A stretch of 57,685 nucleotides of DNA, from NCBI GenBank assembly GCA_900321255.1, contig ONVK01000003.1, positions 1-57,685 on the forward strand, in the 5' to 3' direction. Position 1 is the stretch's first letter, and each line of letters starts with the position of its first letter. The stretch comes from an uncultured Lentisphaerota bacterium. GTDB taxonomy: Bacteria > Verrucomicrobiota > Kiritimatiellia > RFP12 > UBA1067. Below the pieces are notes generated by a model. The model did not search any database, was not told where the DNA came from, and saw only the letters and a list, made by a program, of their open reading frames with translations. A program made the translations under genes and the position numbers. Shown in pieces: positions 17,533 through 26,059 of the stretch.

Positions 17533-18816
17533 ATGAAAACATACGTCTGTGGACACAGGAATCCCGACGTCGACTCGGTCATGAGCGCGTATGCGCTTGC
17601 CGACCTGAGGCGGCGCACCGGGATGAGCGACGTCGAGGCGATATGCGCGGGGCGACTTCCGCCGCGTGCAAAGTGGGTGTTCGAGCACTTTCATCTCAAG
17701 GGCGTCCGGCCGAAGCGCGACGTCTATGTGCGAGTCAGGGATCTCGTCGATACTTCTGTCCCCATGATCGACGCCGGTCAGTCGCTTGTCGACGCGCTTA
17801 GGGCGCTCGAAAATTCCGGCGAGTCGTCGCTTCCGGTGAAGGACGCGGCCGGGAAGTTCGTCGGGATGCTCTCTCCCGCGAAGCTCCTTTCTCTCTTCAT
17901 CGAAAAGGCCGATCTTTCGATACCCGTCGGGAAGGCGCCGCTTCACCAGTGCAGCCAGGTCCTCTCCGAAAACGACCGTGTCCACGACATACGCGCCGCT
18001 GCAGTTCGCAATGCGCACAACCATTTTCCCGTTGTGGACGACAAGGGTGTTCTCGTAGGTACAGTCCTAAAGCGCGCGTTTGCGGAACCGCCGCCGGCGA
18101 GGATGATTCTCGTCGACCACAACGAGACGGAGCAGGGCATCCCCGGGCTTGAAGAAATCCCCGTTGTTGAAGTCGTCGACCATCACAGGATTTCGTTTGC
18201 CGCGACGAAGGACCCCATCAAGTACACGGCGGACGTCGTGGGCTCGACTTGCACGCTCGTCGCGCGGATGTTCCGCGGCGCAGGCGAACGGCCTACGAAG
18301 GAAGTCGCGGGAGTCCTCATCGCCGGCATCGTCTCCGACACGCTCCTTTTCCAGTCGCCCACGACGACCGACGACGACCGCGCGATGTGCGCGTGGCTCG
18401 AAAAGCTCTGCGGCGAAAGCGCCGCGTCGATAATGGAAGGGCTCATGTCAGTCGCCTCTCCGCTCACGTCGATGTCCGCAGACGAAGCTGTCGCGGCCGA
18501 CGCGAAGCTATATAGCGAAGCGGGCAAGAAGTTCATTCTCGCGCAGATAGAGGAGTCGCATCTCGCCGTATTCCACCGCCACATGGCGGAACTCGCCGCA
18601 GCGCTCGAAAGGGCGATGAAGGGCAACGGCCTCGACTTTGCGGCGCTTATGGTGACAGATCCCGTGCGCGGAAATTCCGAGCTTCTCTTCAAGGGCGACG
18701 AGGCTGTTCGCCGCGCGCTTCCCTACCGCCGCGCGGAGTCTGGCGTTCTCCTGATGCCTGGCGTACTCTCGCGCAAGAAACAGCTTTTGCCGGAGGTGCT
18801 GGCGGCGCTGGCGTAA
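17533..18816 (+). CDS. ppaC: Family II (Mn-dependent) inorganic pyrophosphatase with a CBS pair
   Basis: GHRNPDVDS, LVDHNE, VDHHR, GSTCT, SDTLLFQSPTTT and SRKKQ. Two CBS repeats are inserted; no DRTGG domain. Confidence 0.9.
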   Translation: MKTYVCGHRNPDVDSVMSAYALADLRRRTGMSDVEAICAGRLPPRAKWVFEHFHLKGVRPKRDVYVRVRDLVDTSVPMIDAGQSLVDALRALENSGESSLPVKDAAGKFVGMLSPAKLLSLFIEKADLSIPVGKAPLHQCSQVLSENDRVHDIRAAAVRNAHNHFPVVDDKGVLVGTVLKRAFAEPPPARMILVDHNETEQGIPGLEEIPVVEVVDHHRISFAATKDPIKYTADVVGSTCTLVARMFRGAGERPTKEVAGVLIAGIVSDTLLFQSPTTTDDDRAMCAWLEKLCGESAASIMEGLMSVASPLTSMSADEAVAADAKLYSEAGKKFILAQIEESHLAVFHRHMAELAAALERAMKGNGLDFAALMVTDPVRGNSELLFKGDEAVRRALPYRRAESGVLLMPGVLSRKKQLLPEVLAALA

Positions 18817-18842
18817 GATTTAATCAGAAAGGGAAAATTGAC

Positions 18843-19841
18843 ATGAGATCATGCAAGGAAATGCGTCAGGATGCATGGAAAATTTTGACTGGTTCTAAGT
18901 GGGGATGGAAAATACTTCTTAACGGCATAGTACTGTATGCGATTCTGCTCGCCGTCATGCTCGGGCTCGAATTCATCTTCGAGGCCGCTGGTATCCAGAC
19001 CTTTGCGTCGTTCAAAGAGGCGCAGCGTGAGGCACAGCGATCGGGAGTTACACTTACTATTTCTTCTGGCTATGAAGCCCTGCGGATGACATTCGCGAGC
19101 GGCTTTTCGACATTTGTCGAGTATCTTTTTCAGAGCATTGTCGTCTTCGGCCTCGTCACGACGCTTGTCAAGTGCATAAAGGGAGAGTCCGCGGGCTGGT
19201 TCGCCAGTGCCTTCGGAGGTTTCAAGCGTCCGTTCGATCTCTTGTGGCTTACTCTCCTAATAATGATCAAGGTCGTCGCCTGGGCTCTTATCTTCGCCTT
19301 TGTCGGTGGTTTTATCGGTGGTATCGTTTCGGCCGTCCTTCGGGTGTGTGGCGCGGTGACTGAAAAGCAGATGGGAGTATTACTCGGCTGCATGTGCGGC
19401 ATCCCCGCCTGCATCGCCGCCATCATCGCAAGCTTCCGCTATATGCTAACATGGTATGTCAAGGTAGAGAATGTTGAGGTTGGTGCAAATGCCTGCATCA
19501 AGCGGAGCTGTGAATTGATGTACGGTCGCAAGTGGAAGCTTTTCTTCTTCTGGCTGTCCTACATCGGGTGGTACATTCTTTTGATCGCGCCTCTTGCCAG
19601 TGCATCAGGCGTTACGGGCGCTTTGTCGGCTGCAGGCGCTGGAGCAAGCGAAGACGCAACGGCAGCTGCAGCTGACGAATCGTATTCTGTCGTCATGATC
19701 GGCGCACTTGTTGTAACGATTTTGATTGGTGTATTTGTCGTTCTTTACACCGCAATCGGACAGGCAGTATTCTACCGTGACGCTAAGGCCGAAGTCGACG
19801 CAACGAAAGAAGCCGATCCGTCGGAAGGCGTGACTGCATGA
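18843..19841 (+). CDS. DUF975-like integral membrane protein
   Basis: Several TM segments; CIKRSCELMYGRKWKLFFFWLSYIGW and AVFY are typical of DUF975. Confidence 0.7.
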   Translation: MRSCKEMRQDAWKILTGSKWGWKILLNGIVLYAILLAVMLGLEFIFEAAGIQTFASFKEAQREAQRSGVTLTISSGYEALRMTFASGFSTFVEYLFQSIVVFGLVTTLVKCIKGESAGWFASAFGGFKRPFDLLWLTLLIMIKVVAWALIFAFVGGFIGGIVSAVLRVCGAVTEKQMGVLLGCMCGIPACIAAIIASFRYMLTWYVKVENVEVGANACIKRSCELMYGRKWKLFFFWLSYIGWYILLIAPLASASGVTGALSAAGAGASEDATAAAADESYSVVMIGALVVTILIGVFVVLYTAIGQAVFYRDAKAEVDATKEADPSEGVTA

Positions 19842-21025
19842 GCGACGGCATCAACAGGCGGACTGTCGTCCTTGCGACGATGATGTTCCTCGAGTATATG
19901 GCCATGCCAGTGTGGTTTGTGCCAATGCTCCCCTACGTCAAGTCGCTGCAGGGTGGCGAGAACTGGACTCTTTGGTGCGGTCTCATCATGGGCATCGGCA
20001 CTTTCGCGTCTCCCATCGTCGGCATGTTCGCAGACCGCCGCCTCAACGCGGAGAAGGTCCTTGCGATCTGCTACTTTGCGTCTGCGGCGCTCCTGTCGGG
20101 CGCGTTCTTCGTCACCTCGCCCGCACTCCTCTTCGTGGTGCTTCTCGCGGCGATGCTTTTCTACATGCCGACATGGGCGCTTACGGCGACGATAGCGATG
20201 GCGCATGCGAGCAAGGACGCCTTTCCTCGCATCCGCATATTCGGAACGCTTGGCTGGATTGCCTCGTGCGTGTTCTCGCTCGGGGCCGCGGCAGGCGGCT
20301 TCAAGAGCTTTGACTCGTCGCCGTGGATATTCGCTGGCGGCGCTGCCGTTGCCGTTGCCGCAGGGCTTTTCTCGTTCGCCCTCCCGAAGACGGCTCCGCA
20401 GGCGAAGGGAACGCAGATATCAGTTGGCGACGCGCTTGGGCTTAGCGCGCTCGTGCTGTTGCGCGACAAGTCGTTTCGCTCGTTTGCGATCATGCTCCTT
20501 CTCGCGATGATTCCTTTCCAGTGGTACAATGTCTACTGCGCCGCTTATCTGAAGGAATCCGGCTACCAGTATCTCACTACGACGATGAACATCGGGCAGG
20601 CGGGGGAGATATTCTTCATGCTCCTCATCCCGCTGATCTTCCGTCGCATCGGCTACAGGCGCTCCCTCGTTCTCGCGCTTGTCGTCCTCGCGCTGCGCAA
20701 CATCTTCTTCGCGGTGTCTTCCGCCTATGGCTTTGCCGCGCTCGACTTCTGCGGAATCGTCGTGCACGGGCTCATCTTCGGTCTTCTCGTCGTAGGCGCC
20801 CAGATGTACGTCGACGAAGTCGCGCCGCCAGAGCTGCGCAACCAGGCGCAGGGGCTCGTGAACCTCATTCTCGCAGGCGTCGGCGTCTTCGCCTCGAACT
20901 TCATCTTCGACGCGATTCTCAAATCGTCCTCGCCTACTCCGTGGACGACTGCCTACGTTGTCGCCGTTGCGATCTCGCTCGCCACCGCCGTCTACGGACT
21001 TGCGACAGCCAAATCCTCCAAATGA
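19838..21025 (+). CDS. MFS transporter, nucleoside:H+ symporter (NupG-like) family
   Basis: MMFLEY, GMFADRR, FYMPT, FPRIRIFGTLGWI, GQAGEI and LRNQAQGL; about 12 TM segments. Confidence 0.85.
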   Translation: MSDGINRRTVVLATMMFLEYMAMPVWFVPMLPYVKSLQGGENWTLWCGLIMGIGTFASPIVGMFADRRLNAEKVLAICYFASAALLSGAFFVTSPALLFVVLLAAMLFYMPTWALTATIAMAHASKDAFPRIRIFGTLGWIASCVFSLGAAAGGFKSFDSSPWIFAGGAAVAVAAGLFSFALPKTAPQAKGTQISVGDALGLSALVLLRDKSFRSFAIMLLLAMIPFQWYNVYCAAYLKESGYQYLTTTMNIGQAGEIFFMLLIPLIFRRIGYRRSLVLALVVLALRNIFFAVSSAYGFAALDFCGIVVHGLIFGLLVVGAQMYVDEVAPPELRNQAQGLVNLILAGVGVFASNFIFDAILKSSSPTPWTTAYVVAVAISLATAVYGLATAKSSK

Positions 21026-21097
21026 GCCGGCATCAAGATTTTCTGTGGTCGTTTCCGGATGGGCGGCCGTAAAGATCAAACATTGAAAGGATGCAAC

Positions 21098-23191
21098 ATG
21101 AAGCAAATGGTACGTATTCGATTTTTGTTGGCCGCTGTTTTTGCGCCCTTGCTCGTTGCCGCATCGGCCTATGCAGCATTGCCGCTGCCGGTTCCGGTTT
21201 CGCCGCCGACATTTGAAATAGACGGGCGGGCGGTGCGTGGCGAAGTCGTCACGTGGGAGGCGGCGGGCGGACCGGTTGAACGCGCCGACGGCGTCGTCGA
21301 GCGCACGCAGTCGGGCGTTTTGCGCGACTTCCCGTCCGCACGGCTTACGCTTCGCACCCGCCAGCGCAGGGGCTCGCCCGTAGTCCGGTTCCGCTACGAG
21401 CTGGAGGCGACTGCGCCCGAAGGCTTTGCGCTTACGAAGTCGTCGGGGCGCGACAATCTCGTCTATGCATCGGTTACGCTTGCCAAAGGCGCACGGGCGA
21501 CGGAGGTTCGCCTTAGCGAATACGATCCTCTTTGCCATTGCCATCGCCTTGTCGAAACGCCAGTGCCAGACTCGTATTTCTCGGAGGATCTCGCCTTTGT
21601 CGGCCCAATCGTCGTAATCGAGGCCGAGGGCCGCGCCTCGCTGCTCGCCTACGAACATGGTTCGCAGTCGACGGACCGTTTCATCGAGTTCGCGTGCACT
21701 CAGGACCGCCGGCTCGAGCTGCGGGCGGTGAAGGGGAACTACTGGCGCGGACGCCGCATTGTACCGGGGCATCCCTTCGAGACGATCTGGCTGTAGGCGG
21801 CGGAAGTGCAAGGTGGAATCGATGCGCTGTCTGCCGCCTACCGCGCCTTCCAGCTCAAAGGCGCGACTGACAATCCCGCCTCGCGTGCGCCGTGGATATT
21901 CTACAACACGTGGGCGAGCCAGGAGCGCGACTTTTTCTGGGGCGGGAGCCGCAAGTACCTCAAACTAATGAACGAGGCGCGCATCCTCGCGGACGTAGAC
22001 CGCGCGGCGGAGATGGGCATCGACGTGTTCGTCGTCGACACCGGCTGGTTCGAAAAGTCCGGCGACTGGCGCGTCAGCCGCGAGCGCTTCCCCAACGGAC
22101 TTGAGCCGGTAGTCGCGCGCTTGCGCGAGAAGGGGATGAAGCTCGGGCTCTGGTTCAGCCCGACAGAGGCCGCGGAGTCTAGCGATATCCACGCGCGGCA
22201 TCCGGAAGCCGTCATGTCGTGGCATGGCGTCGCCGCCGCGCCCCATTCCGTCTGGGAGACGGAGCAGAGCCGCTTCCACTGCCTCGTCAGCGCGTACTGG
22301 CAGTCTGTCGCGGACGAGCTAATCCGCTGCTACCGCGACTGGGGCGTTACGTATTTCAAGTGGGATGCGATTAACCAGTACGGGTGCGACTCGCCCGACC
22401 ACTTCCACGGCGATGCATCCGTCCCGGCCGAAGAACGCGCCGAATGCTACGCCTTTGAGCAGGTGCGGTACATGGCGCGGATCGTCGACCGCCTCTGCGC
22501 GGCGTGCCCCGACGCAATCGTCGACTTCGACGTGACGGAGGGGAACCGGTGCGTAGGCCTCGCGTTTCTCGCCTCGGGCAAGTATTTCGCGGTGAACAAC
22601 GGGCCTTACTTCCCCGACCTCGACCATCCCTACGACTGGTCTGCCTCGAAGTACTGGAGCAATGTATTTGTCTATCCCGGTCCCGCGCGCGCACGGGTCG
22701 CGCGCACTACGCTCGACTTCGACCGCTGGATTCCATCCGTCCTCTATCTCACGCACTATCTGCCAGATGCGCCGCGCACAAGCCAGAAGATCAACCTCGC
22801 GTCTCTTGTGCTCGGGCAGAACGGCATCTGGGGCGACCTCTCCGCGCTTTCGCCGGAGGACAGGGCGTGGTTCGGGGAGGCGCTTGCGGCCTACAAGCGT
22901 GTGCGTGACGCGGTGACGTCCGCGCCACCAGTGCGCACCGGCGTGCGCGGCGGCTCGCCGGAGATTCACGAGAAAATCTCGGCGGAGGGCGCCGGTGCGC
23001 TCGCCGTGTTCGCAGCTGGTGGTGTGCACGACTATGTGACGGCGCATCGCGCTGGGCGCGTGATCTGGAAGACGGACAACGTTTCGGTTGTGCCGACGGC
23101 GGATGGCCGCGCACGGATAACGTGCCGCTTCAACGGCGCGGATGCCGCGCTTGTGTTTTTCGCGCCCAAGGAAGTTGTCCATGAAAAATAA
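21098..23191 (+). pseudogene. Secreted GH36/GH27-like alpha-galactosidase interrupted by an in-frame TAG (21794-21796)
   Basis: ORFs 21098-21796 and 21806-23191 are in the same frame, separated by one TAG. Signal peptide in the first part. YNTW, VDTGW, FPNGL, LGLWFSP and YFKWD in the second. Confidence 0.75.
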
Positions 23192-24788
23192 AATCTGCTT
23201 TTTTGTCGCTGCCTTTTCATTAGCGACGGCGGAGTTTGCACAGGCGGCGGAGATGCCGTACATGAATCTGCTGAAGCCAGATATGATTTTTGTCGATGGA
23301 GCGGCGAATTCCTCCGGGCGTATCAAGGTCAAGCTTTCGCCGTGCCGCTGCCCGCGTCGAGACGTCTCGGTCTATCTATCCGGGGAAGGCGCAGTATCCA
23401 AGGTCGAACTTATCTGGAACATCGCGTTCCCGAAGGAAGCCTTGATCTACGGCGGAGACTGGGAGCGTAATTACGGGGACTCAGGATGGTTCCGAACCGG
23501 AGACTCCTCCGCCCCGCATGAAGGGTGGAAGCCGTGGTACTTCCTCGTCAACGATGGATCGCGCACGGATGGCTACGGGCTTATGGTTCAGCCGAACGCC
23601 TTTGGCGCGTGGAAGGTTGCATCGGGGAGCGTCACGCTCTCCCTCGATGTTCGCGCGGGGTCGCGTCCACTTGAGCTGAAGACCGACCAATGGGGGATGA
23701 AGATATGCACCCTTGTCGATCGGTGCGGCAAAGAAAACGAGACGCCGTTCGTGTCGGCGCAGGAGTTCTGCCGGATGATGTGCCCGAATCCGCGTTTGCC
23801 GAAGGAGCCCGTCTACGGCTACAACGACTGGTATTGCGCCTACGGCAACAACACGGCGACGAACTTCCTCGCGGACGCCGAGTTCATAGTCTCGCTCGTC
23901 AAGGACGAGAAGGTGCGCCCGTATATCGTCGTGGACGACGGCTGGCAGCGCGGCAAGCAGGGATCTGCCAAGACGACGGCAGACATGCGCTGGGCTGGCG
24001 TGAACGAGAAGTGGGGAATGGAGATGGACGAGTTCGCGCGGCGCGTCAAGGCGATGGGCGCGAAGCCTGGGCTCTGGTACCGTCCGTTCCTCCCCGACGA
24101 TGGCAAAGAACTTCCCATTGATCCGACGGACCCAGCGCTCGAGAATCGCATCCGCGCCGACATGGCACGCTTTGCCGCATGGGGATTTGAACTCGTGAAG
24201 GCCGACTTCATTACCTACGACTGGAGCACGTCGTGGGGTGGAGGGCTGACCCCCATTCACCACGACATTCCGGAGTGGAGCGACAGGAGTCACACGACGG
24301 CGGAAGTAGTTAAGAAACTTTACATGACGCTTCGCGAGGCCTCCGGCGACAAAATGGTCATCATCGGCTGCAACGCATTGGACCACTTCGCCGCTGGGCT
24401 TTTCGAAATCCAGCGCACGGGCGACGACACGAGCGGGAAAGACTGGGGGAGGACGCGCAAGATGGGGCCGAACACGCTCGGCATGCGCACGATTCACCAC
24501 GGCACGTTCTATGTCTTGGACGGCGACTGCTTCGGTCTTGCGAAACCGGACGCGATTCCGTGGCGGCTAAACTCGCAGTGGCTCGATCTTGTTTCGCGTT
24601 CTGGCACCGCGCTGTTCGTCTCGTGGAGGCGCGAGTTGACTACGCCGGAGATTCGCGATGCGCTGGAGACGGCGCTACGCCGCGCGGCTAAGGTACAGTC
24701 GCCAGGCGAACCGCTTGACTGGCAGAACAACCTTCGCCCCATGCGCTGGCGTTTTGGCGACGAGATTCGCACTTACAACTGGGAATGA
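23181..24788 (+). CDS. Secreted GH36/GH27-like (clan D) glycoside hydrolase
   Basis: Signal peptide; YGYNDWY, VDDGW, KPGLW, LVKADF and QRTGDDT. Confidence 0.75.
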   Translation: MKNKICFFVAAFSLATAEFAQAAEMPYMNLLKPDMIFVDGAANSSGRIKVKLSPCRCPRRDVSVYLSGEGAVSKVELIWNIAFPKEALIYGGDWERNYGDSGWFRTGDSSAPHEGWKPWYFLVNDGSRTDGYGLMVQPNAFGAWKVASGSVTLSLDVRAGSRPLELKTDQWGMKICTLVDRCGKENETPFVSAQEFCRMMCPNPRLPKEPVYGYNDWYCAYGNNTATNFLADAEFIVSLVKDEKVRPYIVVDDGWQRGKQGSAKTTADMRWAGVNEKWGMEMDEFARRVKAMGAKPGLWYRPFLPDDGKELPIDPTDPALENRIRADMARFAAWGFELVKADFITYDWSTSWGGGLTPIHHDIPEWSDRSHTTAEVVKKLYMTLREASGDKMVIIGCNALDHFAAGLFEIQRTGDDTSGKDWGRTRKMGPNTLGMRTIHHGTFYVLDGDCFGLAKPDAIPWRLNSQWLDLVSRSGTALFVSWRRELTTPEIRDALETALRRAAKVQSPGEPLDWQNNLRPMRWRFGDEIRTYNWE

Positions 24789-24823
24789 CCCCGTCGTGCG
24801 CATGGAACTTTGTTGCCGTGATT

Positions 24824-24832
24824 TGGTATAAT
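24824..24832 (+). promoter_or_regulatory. Extended -10 element (TGGTATAAT), probably giving a leaderless pgpA transcript
   Basis: Only 8 nt to ATG 24841; no SD sequence. Confidence 0.65.
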
Positions 24833-24840
24833 ATCCGCCG

Positions 24841-25323
24841 ATGAAGAAATTCTGTGTTTTTGTCGCGTCGGGCTTCGGTCTTGGCCTCGTCGCGCCGTTT
24901 GCGCCGGGGACCTTTGGGTCGCTCCCCGGCGTCGCCCTCGCATACGCCGTCTCCGCGCTTCCACTGTGGCTCCAGATGCCCGCATGCCTCGGTTTCACGC
25001 TTCTCGCGATTCCGTTCTGCGATGTCGCGGAACGCCATTTCGGCATCAAGGACGACGGCCGCATCACGGCCGACGAATGGATGCTTTATCCGATCGCCTT
25101 CATCGGAATTCCGATTCTCGATCTTCCGTGGTGGACGATGGTCGTCTTCTTCTGCATCGTCCGCGCCGTCGACATCGTCAAGCCCTGGCCGTGCCGCGGC
25201 CTCCAGTCGATCCCCGGCGGTCGCGGCATCGTTGTCGACGATTTTTTTGCGAACCTCTATTCGCTCGCGCTCAACTGGGTCGTCTACATTCTCTTCTTCG
25301 CCAAGCTATGCACCGCGAATTGA
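24841..25323 (+). CDS. pgpA: Phosphatidylglycerophosphatase A
   Basis: GFGLG..PFAPGTFGS, D..RITADE, DIVKPWP and GIVVDD. Confidence 0.9.
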   Translation: MKKFCVFVASGFGLGLVAPFAPGTFGSLPGVALAYAVSALPLWLQMPACLGFTLLAIPFCDVAERHFGIKDDGRITADEWMLYPIAFIGIPILDLPWWTMVVFFCIVRAVDIVKPWPCRGLQSIPGGRGIVVDDFFANLYSLALNWVVYILFFAKLCTAN

Positions 25324-25985
25324 CTGGCGAAGCGCCCGGGGCGCACATAATCCGCGTAACGGATCCCTGCAGGCCTCTTGAGATCGACCTTTCGCGCCCT
25401 CTTGAGATCGAGGTCGGCTGCGGGAAGGGCCAGTTCCTGACGCGCCGCGCCGCGGAGAACCCCGACTGCGATTTCCTCGGCATCGAGCGCATGCTCGAAC
25501 GCGTGCGGCTTTTCGACGGCAAGTGCCGCAGGGCGAATCTCGCGAACGCGAAGGTGCTGCGGCTTGAGGCGCTTTATACGTTCCACTATCTCCTGCCCGC
25601 GCACCACGCGCGCACCGTATACGTCTTCTTCCCCGATCCTTGGCCGAAGAAGAAGCACCATTCGCACCGGCTTTTCGGGCCGCTCTTCCGCACCGCCCTC
25701 TGGAAGCGCCTTGAAATCGGCGGCAAGCTCGAGTTCGCGACGGACCACAAGGAATATTTCGACGAAGTGTGCGAGGGCTTCGCGTCAGACCAGCGTTTCG
25801 AGCGCGTAGAGCCGATGCCGCGCCCGAAGGAAGTGTGGACCGAGTTCGAGACGATGTTCCGCGAACAGGGACTGCCAATTTATTCCGCCGCGTGGAAATC
25901 TCTTCCCGGCGAAGATGCGCCGCTCGCGCCGCTGACAATCCCGCCAGAGGCCGAGCCGCGCGAAGGAATCGTCCGCCGAACCTAA
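25308..25985 (+). CDS. trmB: tRNA (guanine-N7)-methyltransferase
   Basis: EVGCGKGQF, FLGIE, FPDPWPKKKH, ATD and TEFE. Confidence 0.92.
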   Translation: MHRELTGEAPGAHIIRVTDPCRPLEIDLSRPLEIEVGCGKGQFLTRRAAENPDCDFLGIERMLERVRLFDGKCRRANLANAKVLRLEALYTFHYLLPAHHARTVYVFFPDPWPKKKHHSHRLFGPLFRTALWKRLEIGGKLEFATDHKEYFDEVCEGFASDQRFERVEPMPRPKEVWTEFETMFREQGLPIYSAAWKSLPGEDAPLAPLTIPPEAEPREGIVRRT

Positions 25986-25988
25986 CAC

Positions 25989-26020
25989 CTCTGCTGCTCT
26001 GCGTCTTTGCGTCTCTGCGT
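25989..26020. repeat. Short tandem 8-mer repeat
   Basis: CTCTGCTG CTCTGCGT CTTTGCGT CTCTGCGT followed by TAAAA, just after the trmB stop. Confidence 0.7.
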
Positions 26021-26059
26021 TAAAAATTTTATCTTAAAAATATACTTCTGCAATTTCCA

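Noticed and set aside
8278-17533. RiPP precursor peptide or cobalamin riboswitch for the radical SAM cluster
   Set aside because: No intergenic space. No small ORF with an RBS, no RRE/PqqD or SPASM pattern, and no peptidase or exporter seen.
21794-21796. Genome-wide amber recoding or pyrrolysine
   Set aside because: TAG ends several genes at their natural C-termini, and there are no pyl genes in the window.
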